Positions 8,570 through 17,164 of a stretch of 51,670 nucleotides of DNA are shown piece after piece (position 1 is the first letter of the stretch; each line of letters begins with the position of its first letter). A program made the position numbers and the translations under genes. The DNA lies in assembly GCA_964628345.1 (NCBI GenBank), contig CAZVLZ010000001.1:8318-59987 (forward strand), read 5' to 3'. Under the pieces are notes generated by a model. The model made no database searches, was not told the DNA's origin, and was given only the letters and a program-made list of their open reading frames with translations. Origin of the DNA: an uncultured Candidatus Peribacteria bacterium. Lineage in GTDB: Bacteria > Patescibacteriota > Gracilibacteria > Peribacterales > Peribacteraceae.

Positions 8570-10372
8570 TCAGTCTCTAAATTTCGTGTCATCGACGTGC
8601 ACGATCGTCATACTTTGCGCTTTCAGTTTCGCACTGGTGCGCAACGAGTTCACCACGCTCTTCAGCTCATCCGTGTTTCCCGTAAATTGCTTATTGTCCT
8701 TTGCGAGCACTTCGTTGATGTGCGTGCGGAGTTGCTGTGTCGCAGCCTGCTGTCCTGCCTGGTCCGTGGTTCGCTGCAGGCGTTCCAGCGATTGGTTGAT
8801 GCGGTTGAGCTGTTCCTTTTCCACTGCACTGTTCTTTGCGAGACGCTCTTCGAGGCTCCTGGTCGCTTCGGTGCCGCTCACGGCAGCCGCTCTGCCCGCT
8901 CCGGCCCCCGCCCCGCCGCCCAGCGGCGGGAGGTAGAACTTGGGTGCGAGCAGCTGGTCGGGCGCCTTGGCGATGTTGAGCGCCTGTCCGATGTTCAGGT
9001 CTTTCCAGGCTCCGGATGCCCCGGGCAGCGGCAGCGGCAGGAGGAGCGGCAGCTTCATCATCAGTTTTCCGACGGAGCCTCCGGCGCTCATGATAGGAGA
9101 GGCGAACTTCTCGAAGAGCGTATCCATCTTGAATGCTGCCTTCGCCCCCATCCACACGACGGCGATCGACATGCCGACCCAGATGAGCTGCCACAGGGTC
9201 ACCACGCCGGGGAGCATCGGTATGCCCATTTCTCTCGCGAGGATTGCGTTGTCGAGAGGCGGAGTGGCCATAGCCACGTTGATCATGATGAAGCCGATGG
9301 AGAAGGGGATCGCCGTGACCACAGGGATGAACGCCGCGTGCAGGAATTTGTTCCAGATTTCCATGGGGTTGAACGTTTTGAGCGCGCCTGTATCCCCCGC
9401 AACGAACCCGATGAACATGAACGGCATGAAGGCCACGGTGATCCAGATGACGGGAATGCGGATGAGCAGCACAAGCGTCAGTGCCAGGAGCGGGAAGAGC
9501 AGCGCCAGACTGAAGAAGAGCATGATCGACATCAACAGCGTGAAGAGCAGGAGCTGCGGCAGACGCGAGAGTGCGGCTGGTCCGGCAACAGGACTATCGG
9601 GATCGGTGGGCTTCACCACCTGTTCGTAGAACTTAAACCGTGCATGGTTGTAGACCACGGCTCCCATGATGGCGTTGGGCGTATTGGCTCCGGCATCGAG
9701 CGGTTCTTCCCGGATGCAGATGATCTTCTGCTCGCCGAAGAACATGGGGCAGGAGGTCATGCCCGGAGGCATTTTTTTGTCGAAGAAGGCGTAGCCCGTC
9801 ACGACTTTGCATCCTGACCGATCAATGGTTTTTCCGTCTTTCAGATACGCGACGCAGGGGACATTGATGGCACTGGGAAGCGAGTAGACCGTTGCCGTGA
9901 GAATGTTGGCCAGGTCCAGCACCACCCGTGGAAAGAACCAAGAGAAATTGACCAGAATGACAGCAATGACGAACTTGACGGCGTACTTCTGCACGTAGCC
10001 TCCCTCCGCGAACACAACGGTCATGAGCGCGCCGATAATGAGCAGGAACGCCAGAATGATATTGGTGATGTTGCGCGAGATCTGCCAAATTCTGATCAGC
10101 ACTGATCCCATGGACTGCGCATCGGTGTGCAGATTCATGAAACCGGGATCGAGCAGCATCCCGCAGATGGCCGTAAGCATGTAGATGAGAAAGTGCGCAA
10201 ATACGGCAAGCCAGCTGAAGAACTGGTTGATGGCATTGAAGAAGGGGTCCACTGCATCAGCGGCCTTCGCCGTTTCGATCAGGGCGAGTGCACCCGTCCC
10301 ACCTGTCTCTATGATCCAGGCGAGGAAGAGGAGCGAGAGTGCACCGAAGAGGATTTTTCTTTTTGTGGGCAT
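8570..10372 (-). CDS. Polytopic membrane protein, possibly TrbL/VirB6-like, with a coiled-coil C-terminal tail
   Basis: 600 aa. N-terminal signal/TM, about 8 further TM helices, a ~110-aa Cys-containing loop, and a Gly/Ala linker followed by a Gln-rich helical tail. The family assignment is by architecture only. Confidence 0.7.
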   Translation of the reverse strand: MPTKRKILFGALSLLFLAWIIETGGTGALALIETAKAADAVDPFFNAINQFFSWLAVFAHFLIYMLTAICGMLLDPGFMNLHTDAQSMGSVLIRIWQISRNITNIILAFLLIIGALMTVVFAEGGYVQKYAVKFVIAVILVNFSWFFPRVVLDLANILTATVYSLPSAINVPCVAYLKDGKTIDRSGCKVVTGYAFFDKKMPPGMTSCPMFFGEQKIICIREEPLDAGANTPNAIMGAVVYNHARFKFYEQVVKPTDPDSPVAGPAALSRLPQLLLFTLLMSIMLFFSLALLFPLLALTLVLLIRIPVIWITVAFMPFMFIGFVAGDTGALKTFNPMEIWNKFLHAAFIPVVTAIPFSIGFIMINVAMATPPLDNAILAREMGIPMLPGVVTLWQLIWVGMSIAVVWMGAKAAFKMDTLFEKFASPIMSAGGSVGKLMMKLPLLLPLPLPGASGAWKDLNIGQALNIAKAPDQLLAPKFYLPPLGGGAGAGAGRAAAVSGTEATRSLEERLAKNSAVEKEQLNRINQSLERLQRTTDQAGQQAATQQLRTHINEVLAKDNKQFTGNTDELKSVVNSLRTSAKLKAQSMTIVHVDDTKFRD

Positions 10373-10450
10373 TCAGAACATTCTATCACTTTTTGCCATT
10401 CTACTCAATAATCCTCGGTATTTGCGGCGTGAGACGGAAACGTGATGAAA

Positions 10451-10479
10451 AGTATACTTAGAACACAATATGTCCTCAA
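10451..10479 (-). promoter_or_regulatory. Putative promoter for the 8570-10372 membrane-protein operon
   Basis: The minus strand reads TTGAGG (complement of 10474-10479), 17 nt, TATACT (complement of 10451-10456), within an AT-rich 256-bp divergent region. Confidence 0.3.
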
Positions 10480-10609
10480 TGTTGAGTATAATTAGTGTTC
10501 ACATATTGATGTCATTTTAGGACATATATAATTACTTTGGCTTACAATAGCCATTTTCTTGAACAAAATCATAGATCAATTGTCTGATCACTTTTCTTGC
10601 ACTATCCAT

Positions 10610-10623
10610 GTACTCATGAGTAC
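10610..10623. promoter_or_regulatory. Perfect 14-bp palindrome GTACTCATGAGTAC, candidate operator
   Basis: Read directly at 10610-10623, 5 nt upstream of the GTG start of the winged-helix regulator. It overlaps a possible TTGCAC(10597-10602)-18-TACTGT(10621-10626) promoter. Confidence 0.4.
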
Positions 10624-10628
10624 TGTTT

Positions 10629-11222
10629 GTGCTCGTGTCCTCTGTCATCCTCAAAGCACTGTTCAGTTCGCAGACGCGCGTGAAGCTCCTCTCGACATTT
10701 CTCCTCCATCCCGAGGAGGAGTATTTCATTCGCGAACTGACACGGTTGCTGCATGAGCAGATCAACTCGATCCGTCGTGAGCTCGAAAATCTGCGTCGCG
10801 TCGGTCTCGTGCGCGCGCGACACCGCAACCGCAAAAAGTACTACCACGTCGATCCAGATTTTCCGCTCTTCCATGAACTGCGCGGCATCTTCACCAAAGA
10901 GATTCAGGCCGAGAGTCCCATCGTGGCGAGCCTGAAGAAGCTCTCCGGCATCAAGCTCATTCTGCTCGCCGGCACGTTCGTCGGTTCCGAGAGCAAGGTG
11001 GATCTGTTCATCGTCGGGGACTTGAAGAAGGAGATGCTCGAGGCGCTCCTGCTCCAGGATCCCAGCCTCAAGAACGTGAAGTACTCCATCTTCTCCGAGG
11101 GGGATTTTCTCTACCGTTTGAGCCTGAAAGACCGCTTTGTAACAGAGATTCTCAGCGATCCCCGGCATCTTCTCATCACGAACTCGTTGCAGAAGCAGAT
11201 TGAGGAGGCGTTAAAGAAGTAG
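10629..11222 (+). CDS. Winged-helix (ArsR/MarR-like) transcriptional regulator with a C-terminal domain of unknown function
   Basis: LFSSQTRVKLLSTFLLHPEEEYFIRELTRLLHEQINSIRRELENLRRVGLV is a typical wHTH pattern. The start is GTG; an alternative GTG lies at 10635. Confidence 0.65.
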   Translation: MLVSSVILKALFSSQTRVKLLSTFLLHPEEEYFIRELTRLLHEQINSIRRELENLRRVGLVRARHRNRKKYYHVDPDFPLFHELRGIFTKEIQAESPIVASLKKLSGIKLILLAGTFVGSESKVDLFIVGDLKKEMLEALLLQDPSLKNVKYSIFSEGDFLYRLSLKDRFVTEILSDPRHLLITNSLQKQIEEALKK

Positions 11223-11224
11223 CC

Positions 11225-11315
11225 GTAAGACATAAGCTATAAGACGTAAGCATAGATGCTATTCCCATGATCAGTTTGGCGCTTATCGCTTATGTCTTAT
11301 GACTTATAGCTCATA
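11225..11315. repeat. Inverted arrays of tandem heptamers, RTAAGNN x4 and NCTTATN x5
   Basis: GTAAGAC ATAAGCT ATAAGAC GTAAGCA (11225-11252), a 28-nt spacer, then GCTTATC GCTTATG TCTTATG ACTTATA GCTCATA (11281-11315). AT-rich and intergenic, between the regulator and rplS. Confidence 0.75.
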
Positions 11316-11387
11316 AACATCAGGATCAAAGAGGCTTTTCTTCTTTACAGGCTCTCATTCCATCTGTAGCCTTTTGCCACTTTCGAC

Positions 11388-11831
11388 ATGGTTCACCACA
11401 TTCTCCACGAACAGGCAGAACGTTTCATCCCCAAGCATCCCGAGATCAAACCCGGGTACACCGTGCGCGTGCACGAGCAGATTCAGGATGAAGAGGGCGG
11501 CAAGGCGCGCATTCAGATCTTCGAGGGCCTCGTGATCGGCGTGCATAACGGGCACGTTCCGACAGACCGCACGATTACGGTCCGCCGCATTGCTTCGGGG
11601 GTTGGGGTTGAGAAGAATTTTCCACTCGCGTCACCGGTCATCAAGAAGATTGAAGTGAAGAAGGTGGCCGCGGTTCGCCGCGCAAAACTCAATTTCCTCC
11701 GTGGGCGTCTGGGCAAGTCTGCGCGTTTGAGCGAGCGTTTCACGACCGCCGAGGAATTTGCCATTGCTGCCGCGCCGGAGCCGGTCAAAGCTCCCGCTGA
11801 AACCGAAGTCGCAGAGGAGAAGAAAGAGTAG
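11388..11831 (+). CDS. rplS: 50S ribosomal protein L19 with an acidic/Ala-rich C-terminal extension
   Basis: KPGYTVRVH..I.....RIQIFEGLVIG....G....ITVRRI.SGVGVEK.FPL.SP.I..IEV is the canonical L19 core. Confidence 0.95.
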   Translation: MVHHILHEQAERFIPKHPEIKPGYTVRVHEQIQDEEGGKARIQIFEGLVIGVHNGHVPTDRTITVRRIASGVGVEKNFPLASPVIKKIEVKKVAAVRRAKLNFLRGRLGKSARLSERFTTAEEFAIAAAPEPVKAPAETEVAEEKKE

Positions 11832-11869
11832 GGCGTAGGGTAGGGGGGAGGGGGTAAGGAAGGTATAGT

Positions 11870-12847
11870 GTGCCCGTGCGGTACGTGCTTGTCGGAAACT
11901 ACGGCGTTGGCAATTTCGGGGATGAGGCGCTCCGGGAGTATGTTCTTCGTGCATACCCGGAAGGGATGTGGACCGTACTCTCCGCGCATCCCCGGGCAGG
12001 GGAGCTGCCGCGCCTCCCTGCCGGTGTTCGTTCACTCTTCCTCACGCCCTGGTGGAAGACTGTTGCGGCTCTGCGGGCAAGCGACGGACTCGTCTTCGGC
12101 GGCGGATCGCTCTTCACGGATGTGGAATCCATGCGTGCATGTCTGCTGTGGTGGTGGCATGCGTTCGTCTGTTGGACTTTCCGCAAGCCTTTCTTCCTTG
12201 CCTTTCAGGGGATCGGTCCTTTTCGATCGGGGGCAGGGGAGTGGTGCGCGCGGTGGGCGGTCGCGCATGCCGCCTTCGTGAGTGTGCGGGATCAAGCATC
12301 GGCGCGACGTGTAGCGGCATGGGGATTGAATAAAAATATTGTTCTAACATTCGATCCAGTTTTTTCCCTATTCAAAGCGAAGGAGATCAGTACAAGTTCA
12401 CAAAAATTGCTCGTGATTATTCCACGAAAAAATTCCCCGGCTTCGTTCGCTGAGCGAGCGACGGCGCTTCAAAAAAATGAAGCGTGGGAAGGAGTGCGCA
12501 TCCTTTCCCTTGCGCCGGAGGATAGGGAGGAACAGGAGGTCTGTCGCGCCCTCGTCCATGCCCTTTCGGTCCCACCCGAGTCGATTGTGCCGATCTGGTC
12601 GGCCGATGCACTCGCCTCACTCGTGATCGGAGCCGGACTTGTCTTTTCTCAGCGCTACCACGGTGCCCTGGCGGCTCTGGCGCTCGGCATCCCTTTCGAA
12701 GTCATGCCTCAGGGGGAGGGAGACAAGATGGCGTCGCTCTCGCGGTTATTCCCTGCGGACATTGCCGCTCTTCTCACAGACGGGGAACGGCAGCTCAAGA
12801 ACGTTCTATTCCCAGTATTCGGCGAATCTGGTAAAATACAATCATGA
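11870..12847 (+). CDS. csaB: Polysaccharide pyruvyl transferase, CsaB-like
   Basis: VLVGNYGVGNFGDEAL, GGGSLFTDVES and SQRYHGALAALALGIPF match the PS_pyruv_trans/CsaB pattern. The stop overlaps the next start (ATGA at 12844-12847). Confidence 0.8.
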   Translation: MPVRYVLVGNYGVGNFGDEALREYVLRAYPEGMWTVLSAHPRAGELPRLPAGVRSLFLTPWWKTVAALRASDGLVFGGGSLFTDVESMRACLLWWWHAFVCWTFRKPFFLAFQGIGPFRSGAGEWCARWAVAHAAFVSVRDQASARRVAAWGLNKNIVLTFDPVFSLFKAKEISTSSQKLLVIIPRKNSPASFAERATALQKNEAWEGVRILSLAPEDREEQEVCRALVHALSVPPESIVPIWSADALASLVIGAGLVFSQRYHGALAALALGIPFEVMPQGEGDKMASLSRLFPADIAALLTDGERQLKNVLFPVFGESGKIQS

Positions 12848-13254
12848 ATACACTGTACCTGACTGCAGGGGAACGCGGCATCTTTGCGAAATTATCCGAT
12901 GCGCTTCGAGAGGGGTGGAACGCTGAAGATGAAAAAGGGGATTTTTCAGATTCCGAGGAGAAACTCTCCATGCGGATGGCTCTTTTGCGGTTACATGATC
13001 CCAAACTTCTGGACGTGCAGAAGCAGGCAGCCGGACTCTCTTCAGAGAAGCTCGCGGCACTTCTGGCACAGACGAATCTGAAGGGCGTTTCGGATGATGA
13101 TCTGGCGGAGCTTACCTTTGCGATCGGTCCTTCCATTCTGTCGAAGCTCATCGCAGGACTCCTTCTGCAGGTCAAAACAGATGAAGAGCTTGAGGATATT
13201 TCCGCGCTGACGCTCATCCGTCATTCTCTGCTGCAATCATATGTCTCTGCGTGA
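12844..13254 (+). CDS. Hypothetical acidic soluble protein
   Basis: 136-aa ORF translationally coupled on both sides (ATGA upstream, GTGA downstream). No family recognised. Confidence 0.6.
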   Translation: MNTLYLTAGERGIFAKLSDALREGWNAEDEKGDFSDSEEKLSMRMALLRLHDPKLLDVQKQAAGLSSEKLAALLAQTNLKGVSDDDLAELTFAIGPSILSKLIAGLLLQVKTDEELEDISALTLIRHSLLQSYVSA

Positions 13255-13868
13255 ATCACAGACTCCTCCGCAATTTCCCACCAGCCATGATGTCCACCGT
13301 TCAACCCCAGCTCCCCGAAGGCGGAAAGAATGACATCGAAACACCCCAGCCCTTCAAGGCGACGCCTGAAGTGATCTCGCAGTTTCTGGAACTGAAAGTG
13401 GATGAGGTGCTTGCGCAGATGCAGAGCGTCGGGGGACGCGAGCAACTCTTCACAAAACTCATGGAGCATGAGGAGTACCTGCGCACGATTCACGATTTCA
13501 ACCCTGAGGAACTCCGTCGGCAGCTCGAGGTGGCGGGTGAGGCAGTGGCTGCCAAGGAAAAATTCATGAAAGACGTCACTGCGCCGGAAAAGAAAACCAT
13601 GATGCGCAGAGCCTGGGACCGGATGAAGGGATTTGCGCTGCATCACCCGATTATCACCGTTCTGCTGATTGCGTGCATTGTCGCGGGAGGATATGCAACC
13701 TGGCACTATGCCGGCAATACGCTCATGGCGTGGTTGCACGGCCTTGCGGAGGCCGCTCCTGCCAATGTGCTGCGGCAGGCGATCGAGGCGCCTGCCACCC
13801 TTCCCGCCCCGCCCCCGGCACCCTCCGGTCCGTGGAATGTCAGCCCTCTGCCGCCCGGACTGGGCTAG
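13251..13868 (+). CDS. Hypothetical single-pass membrane protein
   Basis: 205 aa with a GTG start overlapping the previous stop. Helical N-domain, one TM (HHPIITVLLIACIVAGGYATW) and a Pro-rich tail. Confidence 0.6.
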   Translation: MNHRLLRNFPPAMMSTVQPQLPEGGKNDIETPQPFKATPEVISQFLELKVDEVLAQMQSVGGREQLFTKLMEHEEYLRTIHDFNPEELRRQLEVAGEAVAAKEKFMKDVTAPEKKTMMRRAWDRMKGFALHHPIITVLLIACIVAGGYATWHYAGNTLMAWLHGLAEAAPANVLRQAIEAPATLPAPPPAPSGPWNVSPLPPGLG

Positions 13869-13892
13869 GTTTCGATTCAAATACATAGAAAA

Positions 13893-16800
13893 ATGACAGA
13901 ACCAGAAAAAAATCTTCGTTCTTCCGCCGATGATCTCTCTCGGGCAAATGTGGGGCGTCCTCTTCAGGACGGTGATTACCCCGCAACGGAACTGGATCGA
14001 TGGGAGCATATGTATTCCAGTCAGGGGAAGTACAGCGAGCAGGAACTGCAGATGCAGATTGATTATCTGCAGAATGTTCTGACCGGAAAAAAGTCCGTTC
14101 CCGAGGCGGTGGACACGGATGATGCGGTGCCGCTCTCATTTGCGCTGGCACGCGATTTGGTGTTGCGGATCCAGCTTCAGGAACGACTGCGACTGCAGCA
14201 GAGCGTGCAGCGCCGGCAGAAGACCGGCACACCGATCACGATGCTGCGACCGGACCCGCGCCATCCCGAGCAGGTGATCCCTGTGGACACGGCACCGGAT
14301 GCAGCACTGGAAAAAATCGAAGACCTGGATTGGCGGATCCGGGGTGCGCTGTACCAGCAATTCTGGATCCATTTTCTCCTGGAAGAGGTGCAGCGGTATG
14401 AAGCCGCGATGACTCGTTTCCCTTCATTGAAGAACGTGACACGTGATGCGGCACTGGAACAGATCGTACGCACGCAGTTGACGCAATTGAAACCGCTTCT
14501 GGAGCAATCGCTGCTCTGTGCACGCGTGCGGCGTCTTCGTACTGCCAAAGCGCCCGATGCGGAGATTCGTGAGGTTCTGAAAAATCTTCCTGCAGAAGCA
14601 GGGAAAGATCTCAATACCTACATGAGCAGGATCGATACCCAGATTCAGCAGGTTCTCGCGGTCACGGTCGGATTCCCTCTGCATCGCAAGGAGTGGCTGG
14701 GACTGAAGAAGACAGAGCGGGCGATTGCGGTTCCCCCCGTGTTCCGTTTGCGCAGTGAACTGATGCAGCGCCATATGGACGCCATCCTCAGGCGTGAGGA
14801 TGAACTGAGCGGGAAAATGGACAGCGTTTCCTCTGCAGAGAAGAAGGCACTCGCGCATGAACACCAGGAACTTATCGGTGACTATCTGGAATACAATGCC
14901 CTGCATCTGCGGAAATTCCGGCAGCTTCTGCATCTCTTCATCGAGCCGGGTCCGGTGTTTGCCACGGAAGAGGGATCAGGCAAGCCCGCTCATGAATTTC
15001 AGCCGGCTGGAGCCATGCGGACGGATTTGCTCCAGCAGCGTGGACGCGAACTCATGGCGCTCAATACGTATCTGGAACATATCGACAAGAGCGTGCTTGG
15101 CAATCAGGTGCTGGAGATCGACAAGCTGTTCGAGGATATTCTGATGACGGTTGCCGTTCCCGGAGGTATTGATGCCATTTTCAACGAAGCAGAAAAGGCT
15201 ACGTTTGTCTGGGAATTTCACGATGCGCCGTGGCGGTGGGGGCCGGGGCAGGTTCTTGGGGAATGGACTCCCCAGATGCGCCCGTGGCGGCGCAAGCAGA
15301 TTCTGGCACCTCTCTACAAGCATTTTCGTCTGCCGCCCACCACGCAGTGGGATACGCCCAGCAATGAGGAACCGCGTTCCTATCATGAGCTTTCGCCTGC
15401 GGAACAGGCGCAGTGGCTCAAGCGGTCCGATGTGCAGGAGCGCGTGGAGAGCGTGCGATCCATCGTGCGCAAATTTCGTGCGAGACTTGAGCCCGAAATG
15501 GCCGTCATGCGCGGATCCAATGCCATCCTCAACGATCTGCTCACGACGCAGACGCCGGCATCCATGGACGCAACGGAGAAACGTCCCATGAAGGAACTTC
15601 TGCGGGCAAAGAAGAAGCTCCCCGAGCAACTCTTTGCGGGGGAGAGCGGCGAGATTGCCGAACCCCCATCGGACTGGCCGGGCAATCAGACTTCCGAACA
15701 GGTTCTGCAGGATATTCTTGCCGCCGATACCGCGAAGGCCCGTGGGATGTACTTCCGGCTCATCGAGCGCGCCACGAGCGGCTCGGGGGCTTTTGAGCGG
15801 GAATATGCAGAGTACATCCGCGGGATCAATGCCAACCTCCAGTTCCACATTGATGCCAAAGATCTTCATACCTATGCGGCGGCGAGCGTCTGGCGGGAAC
15901 TCGGATTGCTGGCGGCAACCCTCGGAGCGGAAGTGGTTGGGGCGTACGTGTCTTGGAGACTCACAAAGTATGGTGTGCGCAAAGCGGCAGGGGCAGCCTG
16001 GCAGTCCACGAAGTGGGGTGTGCGTCAGGTGAAGAAAGGCGCGGATGCCCTGGGAGAGGAGAGCAGGTTGCGTGTCCGATCCAAACCCGCAGCAAAACCT
16101 TCAGTTCCACCTGCGACCCCGGCAGAATCAGCGGCTTCTCCAAAGCCGACTCCCGATCCCGCTGGATTTGAACAGCGTCTGTCAGAGGCGATGAGACAGG
16201 CGGAGAAGCCGATTGCACCTGCAGCGGCCAAAGAGGCTGCTGCTCCCGCTCTGGCACAACCGGTATCCGGACCCGAAGTGAAACCGAAAGAAAAAGGCCG
16301 TTTCCTCGGCCATGCAGGTTTTCTGCTGATGGAGGTGGCGACAGTTTCCGAAATTCTCCAGTCTCTGGAACGGACGGCGAATGCCGATCTTCTGAACGAG
16401 CGTGACACGCTCGATGCCGTTCGGGAAATCTGGAGCGATGCGGATCATGGTATCGATCTGGAACGAAGTGGCGACCAATTCTGGATGGCGGGGTACAACC
16501 GGAAGTACTACGAGGCGCTCAATGTGATTGGTGCCACGGGCAGGCGCGAATGGGTCGCGCAGGAGAGGGAAATCATCCGGCAGATCCAACGAACGCTCGA
16601 CATGCGCCTCATTCTGCAGAGCGGGGCAGTGCCAAGGGCTATTCCTCCACTTCCTGCCCTTGCCGATCGTACGTGGGATCCGGCATTCAGGATGCAAATG
16701 GAAGCTGCACATACGGCTCTGGTGCGAGAGGGGCAGCAGCTGGAACAACGGCGCACAGCACTCCTTGCGAGCGTGCAGCAGCTCCATGACAAACGTATGG

Positions 16801-17111
16801 GGGAGTTTCCCGTGTACCGGACGGATGCGCAGCTCAACCAGCAGCCGTTCACGCGTGACCGCGCAACGAAGAAGATCAACATCAATACCAGCGGCACCAC
16901 GCTCGGTTTCATTCCTGTGAAGTACAAGAACGGCCCCATCGAGCAGTTCCGCAAGGCGGGTCTCGTGCAACGCGAAGCCGACGCGTTCACGTTTGACGAG
17001 GCGCAGAAGGAACTGAAGACCCTCGATCAGTCACTGGAAGCATTTCAGAGAGACCTGCGGGCATATTTGTACGAGGGGGAACGCTTTGAGCGGATGCTGC
17101 GAACTCCGTAA
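13893..17111 (+). CDS. Large (1072 aa) hypothetical, mostly alpha-helical protein with central hydrophobic segments and a Pro/Ala-rich linker
   Basis: Uninterrupted ORF 24 nt after the previous gene. Hydrophobic segments are WRELGLLAATLGAEVVGAYVSW and FLGHAGFLLMEVATV. No enzymatic motif recognised. Confidence 0.75.
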   Translation: MTEPEKNLRSSADDLSRANVGRPLQDGDYPATELDRWEHMYSSQGKYSEQELQMQIDYLQNVLTGKKSVPEAVDTDDAVPLSFALARDLVLRIQLQERLRLQQSVQRRQKTGTPITMLRPDPRHPEQVIPVDTAPDAALEKIEDLDWRIRGALYQQFWIHFLLEEVQRYEAAMTRFPSLKNVTRDAALEQIVRTQLTQLKPLLEQSLLCARVRRLRTAKAPDAEIREVLKNLPAEAGKDLNTYMSRIDTQIQQVLAVTVGFPLHRKEWLGLKKTERAIAVPPVFRLRSELMQRHMDAILRREDELSGKMDSVSSAEKKALAHEHQELIGDYLEYNALHLRKFRQLLHLFIEPGPVFATEEGSGKPAHEFQPAGAMRTDLLQQRGRELMALNTYLEHIDKSVLGNQVLEIDKLFEDILMTVAVPGGIDAIFNEAEKATFVWEFHDAPWRWGPGQVLGEWTPQMRPWRRKQILAPLYKHFRLPPTTQWDTPSNEEPRSYHELSPAEQAQWLKRSDVQERVESVRSIVRKFRARLEPEMAVMRGSNAILNDLLTTQTPASMDATEKRPMKELLRAKKKLPEQLFAGESGEIAEPPSDWPGNQTSEQVLQDILAADTAKARGMYFRLIERATSGSGAFEREYAEYIRGINANLQFHIDAKDLHTYAAASVWRELGLLAATLGAEVVGAYVSWRLTKYGVRKAAGAAWQSTKWGVRQVKKGADALGEESRLRVRSKPAAKPSVPPATPAESAASPKPTPDPAGFEQRLSEAMRQAEKPIAPAAAKEAAAPALAQPVSGPEVKPKEKGRFLGHAGFLLMEVATVSEILQSLERTANADLLNERDTLDAVREIWSDADHGIDLERSGDQFWMAGYNRKYYEALNVIGATGRREWVAQEREIIRQIQRTLDMRLILQSGAVPRAIPPLPALADRTWDPAFRMQMEAAHTALVREGQQLEQRRTALLASVQQLHDKRMGEFPVYRTDAQLNQQPFTRDRATKKININTSGTTLGFIPVKYKNGPIEQFRKAGLVQREADAFTFDEAQKELKTLDQSLEAFQRDLRAYLYEGERFERMLRTP

Positions 17112-17164
17112 GTCCGCGTCCGATTCGTTGGAAAGAAGTGCAGGCGCTGATATCCTTCGTGTGC

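Noticed and set aside
8540-9817. 425-aa plus-strand ORF
   Set aside because: Antisense to the 600-aa polytopic membrane protein, whose hydrophobic periodicity is convincing. The translation is Arg/Glu/His-rich junk.
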